A DNA stretch of 60,000 nt from Laetmonice hystrix (Eukaryota). The notes under the pieces are model-generated. The model did not search any database. It saw only the letters and a program-made list of their open reading frames with translations, and was not told where the DNA came from. Both the position numbers and the translations under genes were made by a program. How positions within the stretch are numbered: the stretch's first letter is position 1; each line of letters begins with the position of its first letter. Of this stretch, positions 1 through 13,730 are shown piece by piece. The stretch spans positions 36,892,001-36,952,000 of the forward strand of contig OZ249436.1 of assembly GCA_965235115.1 (NCBI GenBank). The letters run 5' to 3'.

Positions 1-978
1 GATACTTTCAGACGTGACCGTTCACTGTACATTTGACAAGTGGTTTCCTAGCTTTATATAGTGGGGAGGTCAAGCTGGACCTCCAGAGTGGTGTCCCACA
101 CAACCACATTGTTTTACTAAGATAAAAACATTTTACAGGCAACAACCAAAGCCCTGGAGGTGTAGATCCCGTCTGTAGCACTAAAAATAGGGGGACCATC
201 CATAGTTTCTTCCTGCAAGTTGATTTCATTAAAACATATTAATAAAAATGATAAAATCAGGGCACCATGGACAATGAGGCACGTGACACCGACGTTCTGC
301 ATACGACAGTCGTCACCCAACGTCAAGGTCAACATAGTTACAGTCATTTATATACAAATTAGGATCTCACCTCCAAAACCAATTGCTTACATGGCTGTAT
401 TTTAGTGTGTTCTTTACCACAAAGCAATATAAGTGAACACCGACTTAAACATCAGAAGGTTTTACAGGTAGAACATATTTCACCTTAATCAAGACACCAT
501 TTCCACCGTCCTGTCTGTCCAAATGAAAACAAGGTGTACAACCAAGCATGTCTGGCGGTGTCATACTGTCTACAGGTAAAACTGTTGACTGTAACTGACT
601 GACGTACAGAGTCGCCGGCGTGAGGTGTGACAAACAAACCTGGACAATAGAAACCACTACCTGGTATTTATAGCACAAGACTTTATTAGAGGAGTGCGTT
701 TTCTGGCATAGCTTTCACATACTCTATTTACTACACAGATCTTGCTTACTTTCATACAGTAATGCCATAAATTATGCCCAATGGTTAATTAATCACTTGA
801 TTATTGTTTGTTCATGAAGAAGTAAAAGTTTTAATATCAACTAATGCAATATGTGCCCCTGACTTCATGGATCTGTTATCCGTAAACCATCTCATTTCTG
901 CTACGCTGTCTTTTTTGGCCTTGACAAGTTTAACAAAACCGGTCAAAAAATTATGACTAAAGCGATGTCCTTAAGAAC

Positions 979-1096
979 GACAAAAGTGGGCGACGTTGTG
1001 ACAAAAGTGGTGACCTGTGACAAAAGTGGGCATTTTGTGTGACAAAAGTGGTGACCTGTGACAAAAGTGGTAAAAATGACAAAAGTGGTTGCTACA
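979..1096. repeat. Six GACAAAAGTGG motifs ending in GTTGCTACA; probable end of a TGT..ACA DNA transposon
   Basis: Motif at about 979, 1000, 1019, 1041, 1060 and 1078; matching left terminus not found in the window. Confidence 0.55.
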
Positions 1097-2331
1097 GGGC
1101 GTACATGCCGAGGGAGATTGCAACCGGTGAAATCCTCTCACGCTGGATTGTCAACAGCAAAAAATATCACCCTTGGAGGCCCACTCGTCCCTCCCCCTCC
1201 TGTCTACATAATATGAATACGACATATGGGCTACTTCTGTTGCGTGATCGATATTTGGCTTGCGGGACGATGAGGACGCCATCTTGTTTGGCTGCGTCAT
1301 AAAGTCACGTGAGGGAATTCCCCTCAGTTCAAATCCAATGGTGGTTGAATCACAGCACGTTTTTCTTTCCATTGATCGCGATTTTCGGTACTGCAAGTAA
1401 CACGCAGGTAGTGTCCCTGTTGGACATGGCAAATATTTGTACACGTCTTTGGTAACATGCAGGAAGTAGTATTAGAAAATCGTTAAAATTTTCCTACACT
1501 CCACGCTATAGTATGACTTTAATGTAACATCAATGGAATCCCCTTGGGAGTGGGGTCCTAGAAAGGGCAACCTAACACTGCCGGACCCCAGCTTTGCAGT
1601 CGACTGGCTAACCTCCCTAAGCAGATGTGTAGATAGGAAGAGACACCTGCATTTTATTATCTGCTGTTCGATCAGGTTAAATAATAATTAATAAACTTTG
1701 TTGCTGTTACGGCGATTGAACAAAATACCACTTGTCCCCTCAAAAATTTCGATCTTTCAATCAGCCTTAAAATCTCCATGCCTGTCTTTCGAGTTCCGCC
1801 TGCTGGTTGGATAATCCTTGAAATGATATAAAATGGTACAGGGAATGGTAAAATCCTCTTTGTTCATAAGCACAAATCACTCACAAGTTAGGAAACGACT
1901 GATCCCTGGGCATTGTTTTTGTGGTTGTTGATCTTCGCCAATGAATTCCGTGGCCGTGGGAAGCTATTGTAAAAAAGGAGAGAGATTGCAAATCCTTGAC
2001 CTTACAACGTACCAGCTATGATTTTCCCCGCTTCCGACGCCCCTAGCCGCATAAGACGTCCTGGCATCGAAGGAGGAGTCAATCCAGAGGCACGCTCCCT
2101 TTGGAAAGTTTTCATTTTGTTTTATTCTTTACCTCTGATTAATTGACCAATCCGAAAATTACAAAACTATTATAACTGGGCTTTGGCAAAAATACGAATT
2201 GACAAGAAATACAGTACCAGCAAAGGCATAAAAGACGAGCAAACAGGATACAGGCTGACGTGTTCATAATTTGGATGAGTAGGTGAGAAAATTACGTTAA
2301 GTATGGTTTCGCACTTATAGGCAGGACAGAC

Positions 2332-2395
2332 AAGAAGAAGACGACGACGACGACGACGACGACGACGAAGAAGAAGAAGAAGAAGAAGAAGAAGA
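2332..2395. repeat. Compound microsatellite (AAG)3(ACG)9(AAG)9
   Basis: Directly visible; explains the poly-L/poly-R ORF 2170-2403. Confidence 0.95.
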
Positions 2396-5300
2396 GAACA
2401 CAATTTTGCGCAAGATGATCCGTGTCAACCGTATAGTGACTTCAAGATGTTAGTGCTCAAGACTTGGACGTTGCACCACAAATATTGCCTTACTCCAGTG
2501 TATTTGGTGCAGTTCATGCAGCACCTCCCTGTCATTTCAAGAGTAACGAAAGATATGCAGAATCTCGGCTCCTTGCTCCTATCCGCACCCGTTATCAGAG
2601 CTCTACCGAGTCGGTGATGATCAGTCGGTCGTAGAATATTTTATATCGATCTGTCGCTTGACGTGCAAACGCACCGGAAGACAAGTAAAGGCGCTCATTG
2701 CTTATCCAATAGTACGTTTACAGTACGGAGAAATCTCACTTACCTCGGCGGCATACCTGGCGGAAATATTCTAAATTCTATTGACCACTATCGGGAGTAG
2801 TTATTGACCATGTTAACCATACTGGCTGTTCCATTGAAATTGCCTACTCCTGACAGTGGAATATTGGACTAAGAAGATTTCGCCCATGTAGGCATATGGC
2901 GCCGAGGTAACTGGGATTCTCCCGTATGGTGCGGGGACGTTTTGGTTCCGCATATCCCCTATCCCCTACGTTCTTCATCGCTATATTATATGCTACTGTA
3001 CTAGTCAGGTGTGCGAATTATGGAGAAGAAGTGGCATTTTTTCCTTTCATGAGGGCTGAGGCGCATTTGAGAGAAAACGGGGAATTTTTACGGCACAAGT
3101 CAGCCTGCTGTCAAATATAGTCCGGGCGTAGGTACTTCCCTTCCATAGCGCTATGGACTGGACCTGATCACACCCGAGCGATAATATATATCTTTCTTAC
3201 CTGACTTGTGCAGACCACCTGCGACATGATTACAAGATAAGGAGACTCGAGGGTGGATATGTGCAGGGTTCATCAATTTTTGTTGCAAAAGTTATGGAGA
3301 GATTCGACTGGGTGGGTGGGGGTGCGTATCCTGCTAGGGGCGTGTGGATGTATGAGTAGGCTGGCTATGTAGCGTGCATGGCTTCAGTATTGCTGCGTAT
3401 TTGTGACCACCTCTGTGTTTAGTTAACAGACATCTTTATGATTTACTTTGATAAAGCATATTTTAGTTATACTTCTGAAACGGGTACTACTTCAAATGAA
3501 ATGATTTTGTTATGTATTTATGGTAAAAATCGATTTCTATGCCGTTGAGAATTAATGAAGCAAAATAACGAAATGATTATTGATTCAGACAATTGTATGA
3601 ATAATTCTTCTCTATCGTGGGACAAATAGTCATGTTTTATGAAAAAAAAAAACTTTTCCCAGTGTCCATTAAAACATGCCTTCGCCGTCTGGGAATAGGA
3701 AACTGTATTAAATAAATCCCTTCGCAGTGATTGAAGACGACATGCCTTACATTGTAATGGGGAAAGTTGGAGTGTTGAGGTCCTCCTGATTGGTGACCTG
3801 CAGACACGAGCGGGACAGATGACATGCTCGGTGACCTAGGAGAGCCTCCAGGACCCAGTTCGGTGGAAGGAAACCGACGCAAACTTCCCCCGGAGACGGC
3901 GATGAAGGTCATTAGTAATGCAAGACTACATTGACAGCTCGACCACTCGAGTCGTTATTATCCTGGCCATGACATCCCTCGCTAAGAATCTGTGTTGAAA
4001 CACTCATCACTTTTTGGGTTCGTAGATAGATATTAGAAAAGTATGGACCAAATTGAACTTTTCCTGCATTCTGAGTTTACAATTGGCTGGTGTTGTGAGC
4101 CATCATACGTTGTTGCCATGATACCCTAAGATGTTGCAAAAGTAAGTGGACGCTGTTCCGAAGTTGCTGTTGGAGGCATCACCAATAAGATGCAGACAGA
4201 TTCATATTAAAAGTCATTTCTCAGAATTAAATAAATGTTTTCAGATTCAAACGTATAACTTCTATCCGGATTTTCGTCGACCTGTGTCGCCAGCGACTCC
4301 TGAAGTAAGCCTGGTGGATTGGCACGTGGACAGAACTATAGGTGATGTTGGAAGGGGTATGTCCTTCCAACATGTTTCCACAGTTCTATTTTAAAGACCT
4401 TGCTTACCTCTCCAATTTTAAAGCTCGAACAATTGCAGATGTTATCACGGAGATGCAAAGTGTTGGTTGTGCCATTTATATTCAGAACTTTAGTCTGAGA
4501 GGTAAACTGAATAGTTACTGAACGAGCTTCCTCATGTCCGTTTTCTATCATGCGTTATTTATTTAGAGGTATTTCACTACTGCTGCAAGTTCCTTTCAAT
4601 TTGTGCACTGGTATGGTCAATTCAACATCTAATTCCATGTCATTATTAGGAAGCCCCGATTAATCCTGCATCTTGATTTTAGTTAATAGGACCACTAGTG
4701 TCTCCACTTAAACCTAATCCGTATCCAATTAATTGGCACGCAAAGCTCCTTCTGGAGCATGTCAAGTAGCGCTTATACTTCGACTGTCATGTTGATCCGA
4801 GCGAATCCCAGTTGAGGAAAGTGCTTGACTTGTCCGATTACAGATAAGCCTATACAGAATACTGTAAATTTAAAGAATATTCAATTTTGTGGAAAGATGC
4901 AATCTGTCTTTGAAACTAAGACCGAAACGAAATCTACCATCTTCATTGTCTCAAGATTTTGGTTATCCGGTTCTGAGCTATAAGATCATTATTTTGTGTT
5001 AACACTTCAGAAATAGCGATGGAATGAAGACGCAGCCTCCTTCAAAACGTGTCGACCATCAGACCGCCGGCGTGCCAGCCATTTCGTCGGTGGCTGACTG
5101 CCTGAGGAGCCGAAGTCGGCAGCAATTGGTCAGTGGTTGAAGCACGCGCACACCGCCCATAATTACTGCCCTTTCAATGTAGTCTTGCTAAATGTACAGG
5201 ATCCGCAGGAATGGTGCCACTTCAAAGTTTCTTTTAGAGCTAGAATAAGCTTTCATCATGTCAACATCGTCCCGCCTCTATTTAATTGCGTTGGTGAATT

Positions 5301-6686
5301 GTTGCCGGATGGATGGAACTGTGGCAGAAACTTGAGGATCTGTAGCACAGGAAACTGAAGTCAGCGATGCGTTGACGAGTATGGAGTTTTCTATCCATTA
5401 AGCAGCCATCTAGAAAACATTAACGGCTAGCTTTACGGCCCGCTCAAGAACCTCTTCAACCCTCTCCAAGGTAGCCGTGGCGCAACTGAGAAAGCGAGAC
5501 AGTCACCGTCTTGATAGAACACTACGGCCACTTCGGTTCTGGTTGATCCATTTCAAGGCACGGCGTCTTCTGAAGTACACAGTTACTGGGCAAGGAAAAA
5601 AACTCTTCTATCTTTTCCCCAATTACGCACCACAAGGTTGAGTCATTAGTAGGCCCGTATGTCTTCCAACACGAACGTCACCAGGAAATCTTCCAGGAGA
5701 AAGACTTCCGATTATGTGAGCCTTTTCACGCATCCTCCAACCGACACCAGGATGAAAAAGTTCATTTTTGATTACCATTATATGTGTGTGTGCACGTGGG
5801 GGACGTGCCTTATCTTTTGCTTCCAGTTAAGCGATTTTGACATCGGCGATGCATCGCCGACACCTCTGCCACACCCCGGCGATCTTGGCCCAATTGTCGG
5901 CTTGGTGGAAATAAAAATCGCCGACATGTCGGCCATGACTCGGCGACGTCGCTTGGTGAAGAGACGTTCCGACAACAACATTAATTGAATTAAATAATTA
6001 AAGGCCGGCATTCGTTACCACCCGGTAACGTTGACCCCGGCTGGCCCTGCTCCATTGGTCCAGTCTAATGCGGCCCCCATAGGAAGTGTAAGGTGGGCAG
6101 ATGGGCAGCAGTGAGCGGGGCTGCACTGAGCAAACATACACACTGGCCCGGCTATATTTATAAGAGAGCCTGCACACCCCTGTGTGGCTGACACATTGGA
6201 CCTGTCCCGGTGCTCAAACTCGTCAGTTACAGATACTTTCAAAACTCAAATGACTCTTATCAATACAGTTCATGCATTATGTTTCTTGAAAATTGCAGAT
6301 AACCTGCTACACATGTTCACAATTACTTGTGACAAATATCATAACTTTTGAAGGAATATAACCAGTAGAAATTGAGACAAGAATGGGAGATGACGGTTTG
6401 TTGTTGATGGATTCAAACGTGAGTGCTGACTGCCATGTTGCTGGGAGTAACGGCTTTTATAGTCACGGGCGGTCTTTAAATGTTGTCGCACAATCGCTGG
6501 GACATCGCCCACGATTTTTCGTAAAGTACAATGGCGGGGGGGGGGGGGGGGGGGGGGTAGGGGGTGTTTGTCGCTTAAATCAACAGATGTCACATGTATT
6601 ATTAATTACGTGAATTATTATGTGAAGAAAATAAAAAATAATTTTACCGGGATGACACCGCTACTGATATCCCTGCAATATCGTTG

Positions 6687-6750
6687 GTGAGTGAGTGAAT
6701 TGGAGGTTTTACGCCCTGTCGACAGTATTTCATGCATATTCAGTGCGATA
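6687..6750 (-). mobile_element. 3' tail of a SINE-like repeat ending in (CACT)n
   Basis: GTGAGTGAGTGAATTGGAGGTTTTACGCCCTGTCGACAGTATTTCA; related copies near 35800, 36900 and 50360. Confidence 0.6.
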
Positions 6751-6945
6751 GGAACCATTTAATTCAGACAAAGGGCCTATTTTACCCCCGGGTCCCAGAG
6801 GGTACAACGCTTGTCGCTTGAGCATCGTCTGTTCAAACAATTTTCGCTAGAGCGTTGCCCATGAAAATAACATGGCCGATACATGGCCGATCTATCAGCG
6901 ATGAACGGACCTAATGTATGAAACCGTCTTCCGGCCGTCGACTTA

Positions 6946-7321
6946 GGGGCCGACCATTTAACTTTGATGGGGGGGGGGGGGGGGGAGAGGGGGGGTAGGC
7001 AGATTTGTTGAATATTTTTTTGCACATTCTCAGAACCGAAATTGTTTTTGATCCACTGACAGCTCGTTTATTTATTTTCAGTTCAAAGTTCAGTTTTCTT
7101 TCTTGACCCCGGTTTTTGTTTTTTTTTGCGCTATTTATATTTTGATGCCTTGATCAACTATAGAGTGTGCAAGCCAAGTTATCTTTTTCAGTAATTGTTG
7201 GAGCCAGAATATTATTTTCAGCCACAAAAGAAGCCAGATTATTTTTTCTCCAAGAAATTGCAGCCGCAAAATAAATTCATAAAATCTCCCCCCCCCCCAT
7301 CAAAGTTAAATGGTCGGCCCC
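6946..7321. mobile_element. MITE with TTA TSD (PIF/Harbinger, Tourist-like)
   Basis: TIR GGGGCCGACCATTTAACTTTGATG(G)n at both ends; TTA at 6943-6945 and 7322-7324. Confidence 0.9.
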
Positions 7322-9385
7322 TTAATGGAAACACGGGCTTTGAATATGACACCCCGATACGAACAACATGACGTTATATACACTTTGTTAAATACAGTTA
7401 GCATGTAACTTTAATGCTAGTAACTCAGTCTACTTAATGCCATCTATAGTCTTCCGTTTAAATGCCAACCGGGGATATAAATTTATCATGATATCATTCG
7501 TAATTGATAGTTTCCCAACAGCAGAAGTAGATATACGACAGCACAGAGTGATTCCCAATAGAACTCGTGTCTCTTTCAGACAAATAATGCCATACCACCA
7601 AGAAATTGAGACTGTAAACTTTGTGAAAATGTTGCCTCGGAATTCAATAGGACTATATTTCTATGACGTGTTTCCAATCAGAAAAATAAAATTGGATTTC
7701 ATGACGAATGTTTTTATGATTGTTTATTTCGATGATTTGATTTCCCAAGAGTATGTGTGCCTTATAGGATGCCACATTGATCTCAGTTTCGTTGCTAAGA
7801 ATCTAAGGTCAATCGAAATGAATTTGCTTTATTATGTAGATATATAATTTTGTTTTCCTGCAATGCATGTAAGGAGCACCTGCATCCACACATGCATTCA
7901 ATTCAATCGTTAAGTGCCTATAATGCAGATAGGCGCGGAATGCTTTTAAATATGACTAATACATTATTTCCATCGAGACTACAAAAGAATGTCAACGAAG
8001 TGTTTCATGCAAGTCTATATCAGTTATCCAGATCAATTCAAACAAATAGGCATCCGCCGTAAATGTTTTAATCTCACTGTCAGGCATTGATGTTTGCACG
8101 TCGCCGTGACCAATTTGGGAGCAACATAGCGATTGTATGGACATAGCTGTGAAATGAGCGAACAGGATGTACTCTGTCATGTAACGAGCAGCAGAGTGAT
8201 AAAGCATTTCTTCTTTTTATACCGGTTAGAATACACCCTCTAATAGGCTTCTTTTTTTAGAACTTCTATATTCCACCACTTTACATTATCGCGTGTGTGT
8301 GGGAGGGGGGGGGGGGGGGTAAAAACTTTTAGGTAGAATTTTGTTAGAATCCCCTCAATTTGAAATCATGTTCAATACTACATATTGATAGAGTTATGAT
8401 TTTGATCTGCGTTTCACTGACGTCTACTCTGTTTTTTATAATAACAATTAAAAAAGAAAATATGATTATTATTAGTAGTAGTATCAGTATTCAAATCAAA
8501 TAGGCGCGTCAGGGGACAAGGCAAAGCCGAGACACAAACAGACCGACACTGATAACATTTTCGTGGCAGTGGTAAAGCAAAAAAAACCTTTTAGACCAAG
8601 CCGCAAGGGTAATGTGCTAATCCATTCCAGGAGCATTATCTATATTGGATACTCTACTTAGTGTTTAGCCGACATCTTTCGCTGGGTTCCTCGCCATTTT
8701 CGTGTCGCCACACAGAGACACGAGAAGGATAAATTCCACTTACAGGTTAACACCCAAGTCCAGCTAAACATACGCAATGGGATCATCCATTGCCTATTTA
8801 TAGTGGAGGCTCTGCCATCGGGTGTCTCCAGTTGGTGGATCTCTTTAGTCCGGTGGTCCCGTTCATTTTATCCTCATTTAATGATACGTGTGAATATTCG
8901 CTGCAGCAGTAAAAACGCATCGACAGTGGCGTACATAACTGTCACTGAAAATGATGAGAATAGCAGAACAACGTCAGGTACGGGAAGGTTACCGTATGGT
9001 TTGGCATTGTGTAGCTCAGACAGAGATTTTAAGAGTCCTTTCCTAATGTAATACTTCTTTTGTAACGGTTCTTCCTTGGGAGGAAATGTCACAGGACGCA
9101 CATATTTTTCCTGTTCTGCATTAAAACTTTAGAACGTGTAATATAAAAAAGGCCTCAAGAGATCCTCACTAGTTGAAGGAAAAATTGTCTTTGTGATGCA
9201 TAAGAGACAAAACAGGGCCCTCATGTTAAGGGGCGTTCATCTAATGGACAAATGCTTCGTTCTCTAGTGTTGTTTGGGAGTAAATGCGATACAATTACTG
9301 CACAATCAAGGTCATGATCTCTGGGGTAAGAAACTGTATGTAAGCATACAGGTTAATGGGCGAGAAGCCGTTACCAACCTGATCA

Positions 9386-9859
9386 TGCCTGGTACACACT
9401 AAGGCGATTTTTCCTACGATGGTTCGTGCGATGCCATGCTGTATCGCAGGAAAAATTGTGCGATAAATCGTCGTACGACGTATACCCACAACGCACCCAC
9501 GACGGGTGATTCCACTTGCTGCGATGCGACGGCGATCATGACAAAAAACAATCGTACGATGCACGTACGGTGGCCGATTCCACAGATACGATCCATCTAC
9601 GATGCTCTTTACGTGCAGAAAATGACAAAAAGCTATACCCAAGAGCCCTCTAGCGGAAATTTATTTCAACGATATTGACACCCACACTGATTTCAGTGAT
9701 CGAGCACCGTCGCACGACGCTTGTAGGCACTGCGATAATATTCAATTGATTGAATAATGTCGTAGCACTAATGCGATTTTTTTTGCGTCGTGGCGAAAAT
9801 CGTAGGATCGTCGTACGACCCTAAATCGCAGCTCAAATCGCCTTCGTGTGTACCAGGCA
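9386..9859. mobile_element. MITE, probably Harbinger-like
   Basis: TGCCTGGTACACACTAAGGCGATTT ... AAATCGCCTTCGTGTGTACCAGGCA; flanks TCA/TAA (one mismatch). Confidence 0.85.
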
Positions 9860-11303
9860 TAAAAAGTCGCCAGTCACTAACTAAAAATAGGACCGACTGG
9901 TTCGTACAAACCATCCGGAAAAAAGCCACAAGGTGGCGATATGGTGCATAATTTGTATGTCCAGTGGGTCAACAAAGACCATGTGGGTTGAAGGGGCGGG
10001 GCACTGGGGGTTTAAAACTCCTGAAAAAGCGAAAAACGGTTTCACACGAATTGCCCTTTCATTAAGACCACTTCAAAGTTGCCGATTTGTTTCCGCATGT
10101 TTTTGTTTACTGCCAATAGGGTAATACACATTCTTTTTTCCTTCTTTTGTTTTTTGTTTTATGCTTGATTGTAGTCAATATCCCCCCCCCCCCCGCAAAA
10201 ACACGGTGTGAGCCGCGCCAAATGGATCCACTGGCAACTGTTGGATGACCAAGCGAAATGAAATTAGGCGTACGATTTCGAATCTAACGTCACGAAATAT
10301 CACATGTTTTCAATAACTATCTGTTATCAACTCCACCCTTCCCGACTGCTGTTATTGGGTTTACCAAATGTCCCTTGACCCCACCGATTGACCATCACCC
10401 CCTCCTGTAGTACACATACATAGTTCACAGTCCCGTTCGCATGTTGTAGCGCTGGCATTACTTCCGTATTATGCAGCTAAGGGACAGCTAAAATATATCC
10501 ATACACCACCAAAGCAACCAACATGCTCTTATTTTCATAAATACGATAAATACGAACAGGATAAAACATATCGGGAATATATAAGAGTTTTTGTGGGACC
10601 TATACCTATAACATTAACATGTCCGCGTAGGTCGTGCGGTCCCGGCCGTGTTGACATGCCTTATCACATATTCCATAGCGTCTGAAATAGTTGAGAAACG
10701 GGCGCGATGGCACTTTTCTCATACTCAAGGCAAAAAGAATGCAATGTGAGGCGTTTCTCGCATGTCATCATTTACGAGTACAGTATACCCTTATTAGTCC
10801 ATGAGCCAGATAGGCCAAAAATGGCCAATCGGTACCAGTTTGGGGGGCAAATTCTAATATGCATTTTTGTTAAGTATGATATCCCTAGTTAATATTTCTG
10901 CATGATAGACATTTGTAAGTAGCCTAGTAGCTTAATGTGTTATATCAAAGGGTTTTCATGGGTGGGCCAGTGCAACTCGCTATACTCCAAAACTGGGGAT
11001 ATATCGCCAATCAGCTTGGTTTGCCCAATATATTTAGGCATCAGGGCTTTTATTTCCCTTTTAAACCGTTATAGGCTAACTTGAAATGTGATAAAGTATA
11101 GTTATATAACAATTTATAGTATTTATATACATTTATGGCTTGGTAAATAATCATTTGTATACATGTAGACTGTTATATGATACAAGCAGGGTAGAACTTT
11201 CTTGAACAGAACCTGATAAGTAGGCCCTACATAACAGTGCACGGTCTTCTTCTTTTTTTTATAAGGTAGTAGGCCCTATAGTCTGTTCGCTCTAAGAAGA
11301 CCT

Positions 11304-11465
11304 CGACCTCGGCCTCATTAAAGCTCTGACCTGCCCCCCTCCTCCCGTCTATCCACAACTGGCGTATCACAAGTCATCACTGCCTGTCATTCAAGAATAT
11401 GACCAAATTCCACGTGGTTCTGTATTACCCCAAATGCAGTGATAGCTTTAATGAGGCCGAGGTCG
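11304..11465. repeat. Perfect 22-bp inverted repeat with 118-bp spacer (mini-MITE or hairpin)
   Basis: CGACCTCGGCCTCATTAAAGCT at 11304-11325 and its reverse complement at 11444-11465; no TSD seen. Confidence 0.8.
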
Positions 11466-11494
11466 TTGGAATTCGTTGGAATATTTAAATAGGA

Positions 11495-13500
11495 TAACCT
11501 TCCACTCGAAGGGTATACATTGACGTATTTGTCATATGTCTAGAAAGTTACATCGGACTCCCTTGGTATGGAGATCAGTATGCGACAAGAAGTCAGAATC
11601 AAGTATTAGTAAGTCAGAAATGTAAAGTACACCCATATTAATCCATTGTTTCCAACAAAAGGGCTTTTTGCCAATTAATAGAGAATTGTTATTCCAAATA
11701 TATTGTTTGAGAATAATGTTCCCGATTGGTGGGGGTTAAAGGGGCATATTATGAGGAAACGTGAAAAATCGGTATTTCAAAGAACTTTTCCTGTTTTCAT
11801 AAAGAGCTCCTTCATTAATATTGCCTGGTAAACAAAGACAGACTTGTCAGTTTCATTTTGTGTGAGAAGTCGAAGTTTATGAAGCTCCCTTGCCCGCTTT
11901 GGTCGTATAGAATCTACTTGTGCTGCATACGCAGCGAAAGCACGTCGGAGGACAAAATGCTGTGGTAGGAGTATTTACTTGGATCCCTAGTACACGGTCA
12001 TGTTGGATAATTGCCAGAAATCCTCCAAAACGTGTTTCATAGCATGCCCCTTTAACGTTCTTTATATCATTCCAGAAGGTTAATAACTCCCTATAAAAGG
12101 GAGGCAGAGCTTTCAAGTCACAATATCTGTATATTGAAAAAATGGACCGGTTTTGTGTTCAGGTAGGTTTAAGAGAGACCTGGCTTACCTGTTAAAATCC
12201 ACCATTTTCAAACCACCATTATCTATCGTTTGAGTGATGACACTTTTGAACTACCACCACTCCATAAAAAGTCATATAACAGTTTTTCTACTTCAACGAT
12301 AACATTTGTGGGCACGCGAAATATTTGAGCCATATAGATAATAGGAGAGATGGCAAGCGAATTAATTATAGTGATGTTTCCTTTTATTGAAAGATTTCTC
12401 TGACGCCAAACGTTAAGTAAGTTACGGAGATTAGTGATCTTAGTTTTGAAGTTTATCTTGTATGATTCAAACTCACTGCGTACAAAAGTAACACCAATGG
12501 ACTGTATATTTCCGTTGGTCCATATAATACCAAAAAGATTTGAGTTTATATTTGGTGGAGAATTTATCCATTTTGCCACTGTTTTGTTTAAATTAATTTT
12601 TAAGCCTGCGCATTAGTAAAATAGGTCTAAGATTTTAAGAGCATTCTTTAGGGACTCACAATCAAGGAGAATTAGTGTAGTATCATCAGCAACTTGAGTA
12701 ATTTTAATTTCGTCATCATTTATAAAGACACCTTTTACATCTTTATCTTTTCTTATGTGAGAAGCTAAGAGATCAGCAACTAGCAAGAATAAATAAGCTG
12801 AAATAGGACAGCCTTGACGTATCCCTCTCTGTGGATGAAAGGGGGCACCTAAACGTCCGTTATTATTGGATATTGATGTACATATATAATAATGTCGTTG
12901 GATAAAATTTTAATCTAGTTATGGAAAATAGGGCCAAAATTAAAGGCCTGAAGGGTTTTATTAATGAAGGTCCAGGAGACAGTATGGAAAGCCTTTTCAA
13001 AATCGACCGTAGTTATAATGCAGGATAATCCGCGTGCTTGTGCAATGGACAGTATATCGTCTATATGACACGGATATTTTCACCAATGAAACGACCTTTG
13101 ATATAGGCGGTCTGATCCGCGTTAATAATACACATGTATGTGGTAAAACGGCACAGAGGCGAGCAGTGAGTGTTTTAGCAAGCAATTTATAGTCAGTATT
13201 AAGGAGAGAGATAGGTCTCCAGTTAGTTATGAATAGTTTATTTTTGCGCGTTTGGGGGATTAGGGTTATGATTCCACGCTTCTGCTCAATAGAAAGATAT
13301 CCAGCAGAGTAGGCATAATTTACTAGTGAAGAACAGACAAGGTAATTGGTGTCTGTCCAGAAGAATTTGTAAAATTCAGCAGGGAGACCATCAGAGCCAG
13401 GTGTTTTATTGTTTTTCACCAGCTTCAAGTTCTCGAGGAGTTCTTTATGTAACAAGATGTCTTTACATAACGTTTCTTTGTATTAATGCCAGCGTCTTCG
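11495..13500 (-). pseudogene. Degenerate Tx1/L1-clade LINE ORF2 (RT plus C-terminal region), 5'-truncated and frameshifted
   Basis: Motifs KTPGSDGLPAEFYKFFW, NWRPISLLNTDYKLLAK, RGIRQGCPISAYLF, QVADDTT, WRQRNLSIKG, IWNNN..GVLYISDLL spread over several frames. Confidence 0.92.
11740..12051. mobile_element. TTAA-TSD MITE (Kolobok-like) inserted in the Tx1 relic
   Basis: TTAA|AGGGGCATATTATGA ... TCATAGCATGCCCCT|TTAA; interrupts LINE homology between WNDIKNV and PIGNIILKQ. Confidence 0.8.
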
Positions 13501-13627
13501 TAGGAAAGGACTAACCAGACGGAAAATTCAAATTGAATTCATGTCCTATCATCCAAAATGATACAAAAGTAAATCTCAGAGATGCAAATACAAATTTTAT
13601 CTGAATCTTACACCAAATAATATTGGA

Positions 13628-13730
13628 CAGGGGCGGATTTAGGGGGGGCCGAGGGGTACTAATCAGAAAAAAAAGGCAAAACTTTTCCAACCGCCCCCCC
13701 CCCTTTTCCAAATTCCTGGATCCGCCCCTG
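13628..13730. mobile_element. 103-bp MITE, CAGGGGCGGAT TIR, 5-bp TSD TTGGA
   Basis: TTGGA|CAGGGGCGGAT...ATCCGCCCCTG|TTGGA. Confidence 0.85.

Noticed and set aside
8..678. Possible minus-strand host exons
   Set aside because: No recognisable domain or consistent spliced frame
3700..5030. Possible old LINE endonuclease/RT relic (HSIAISEV-like, QHRFL-like)
   Set aside because: Motifs too short and scattered to support
6015..6242. 75-aa ORF or TATA/CCAAT promoter
   Set aside because: No homology recognised and the motifs are too common
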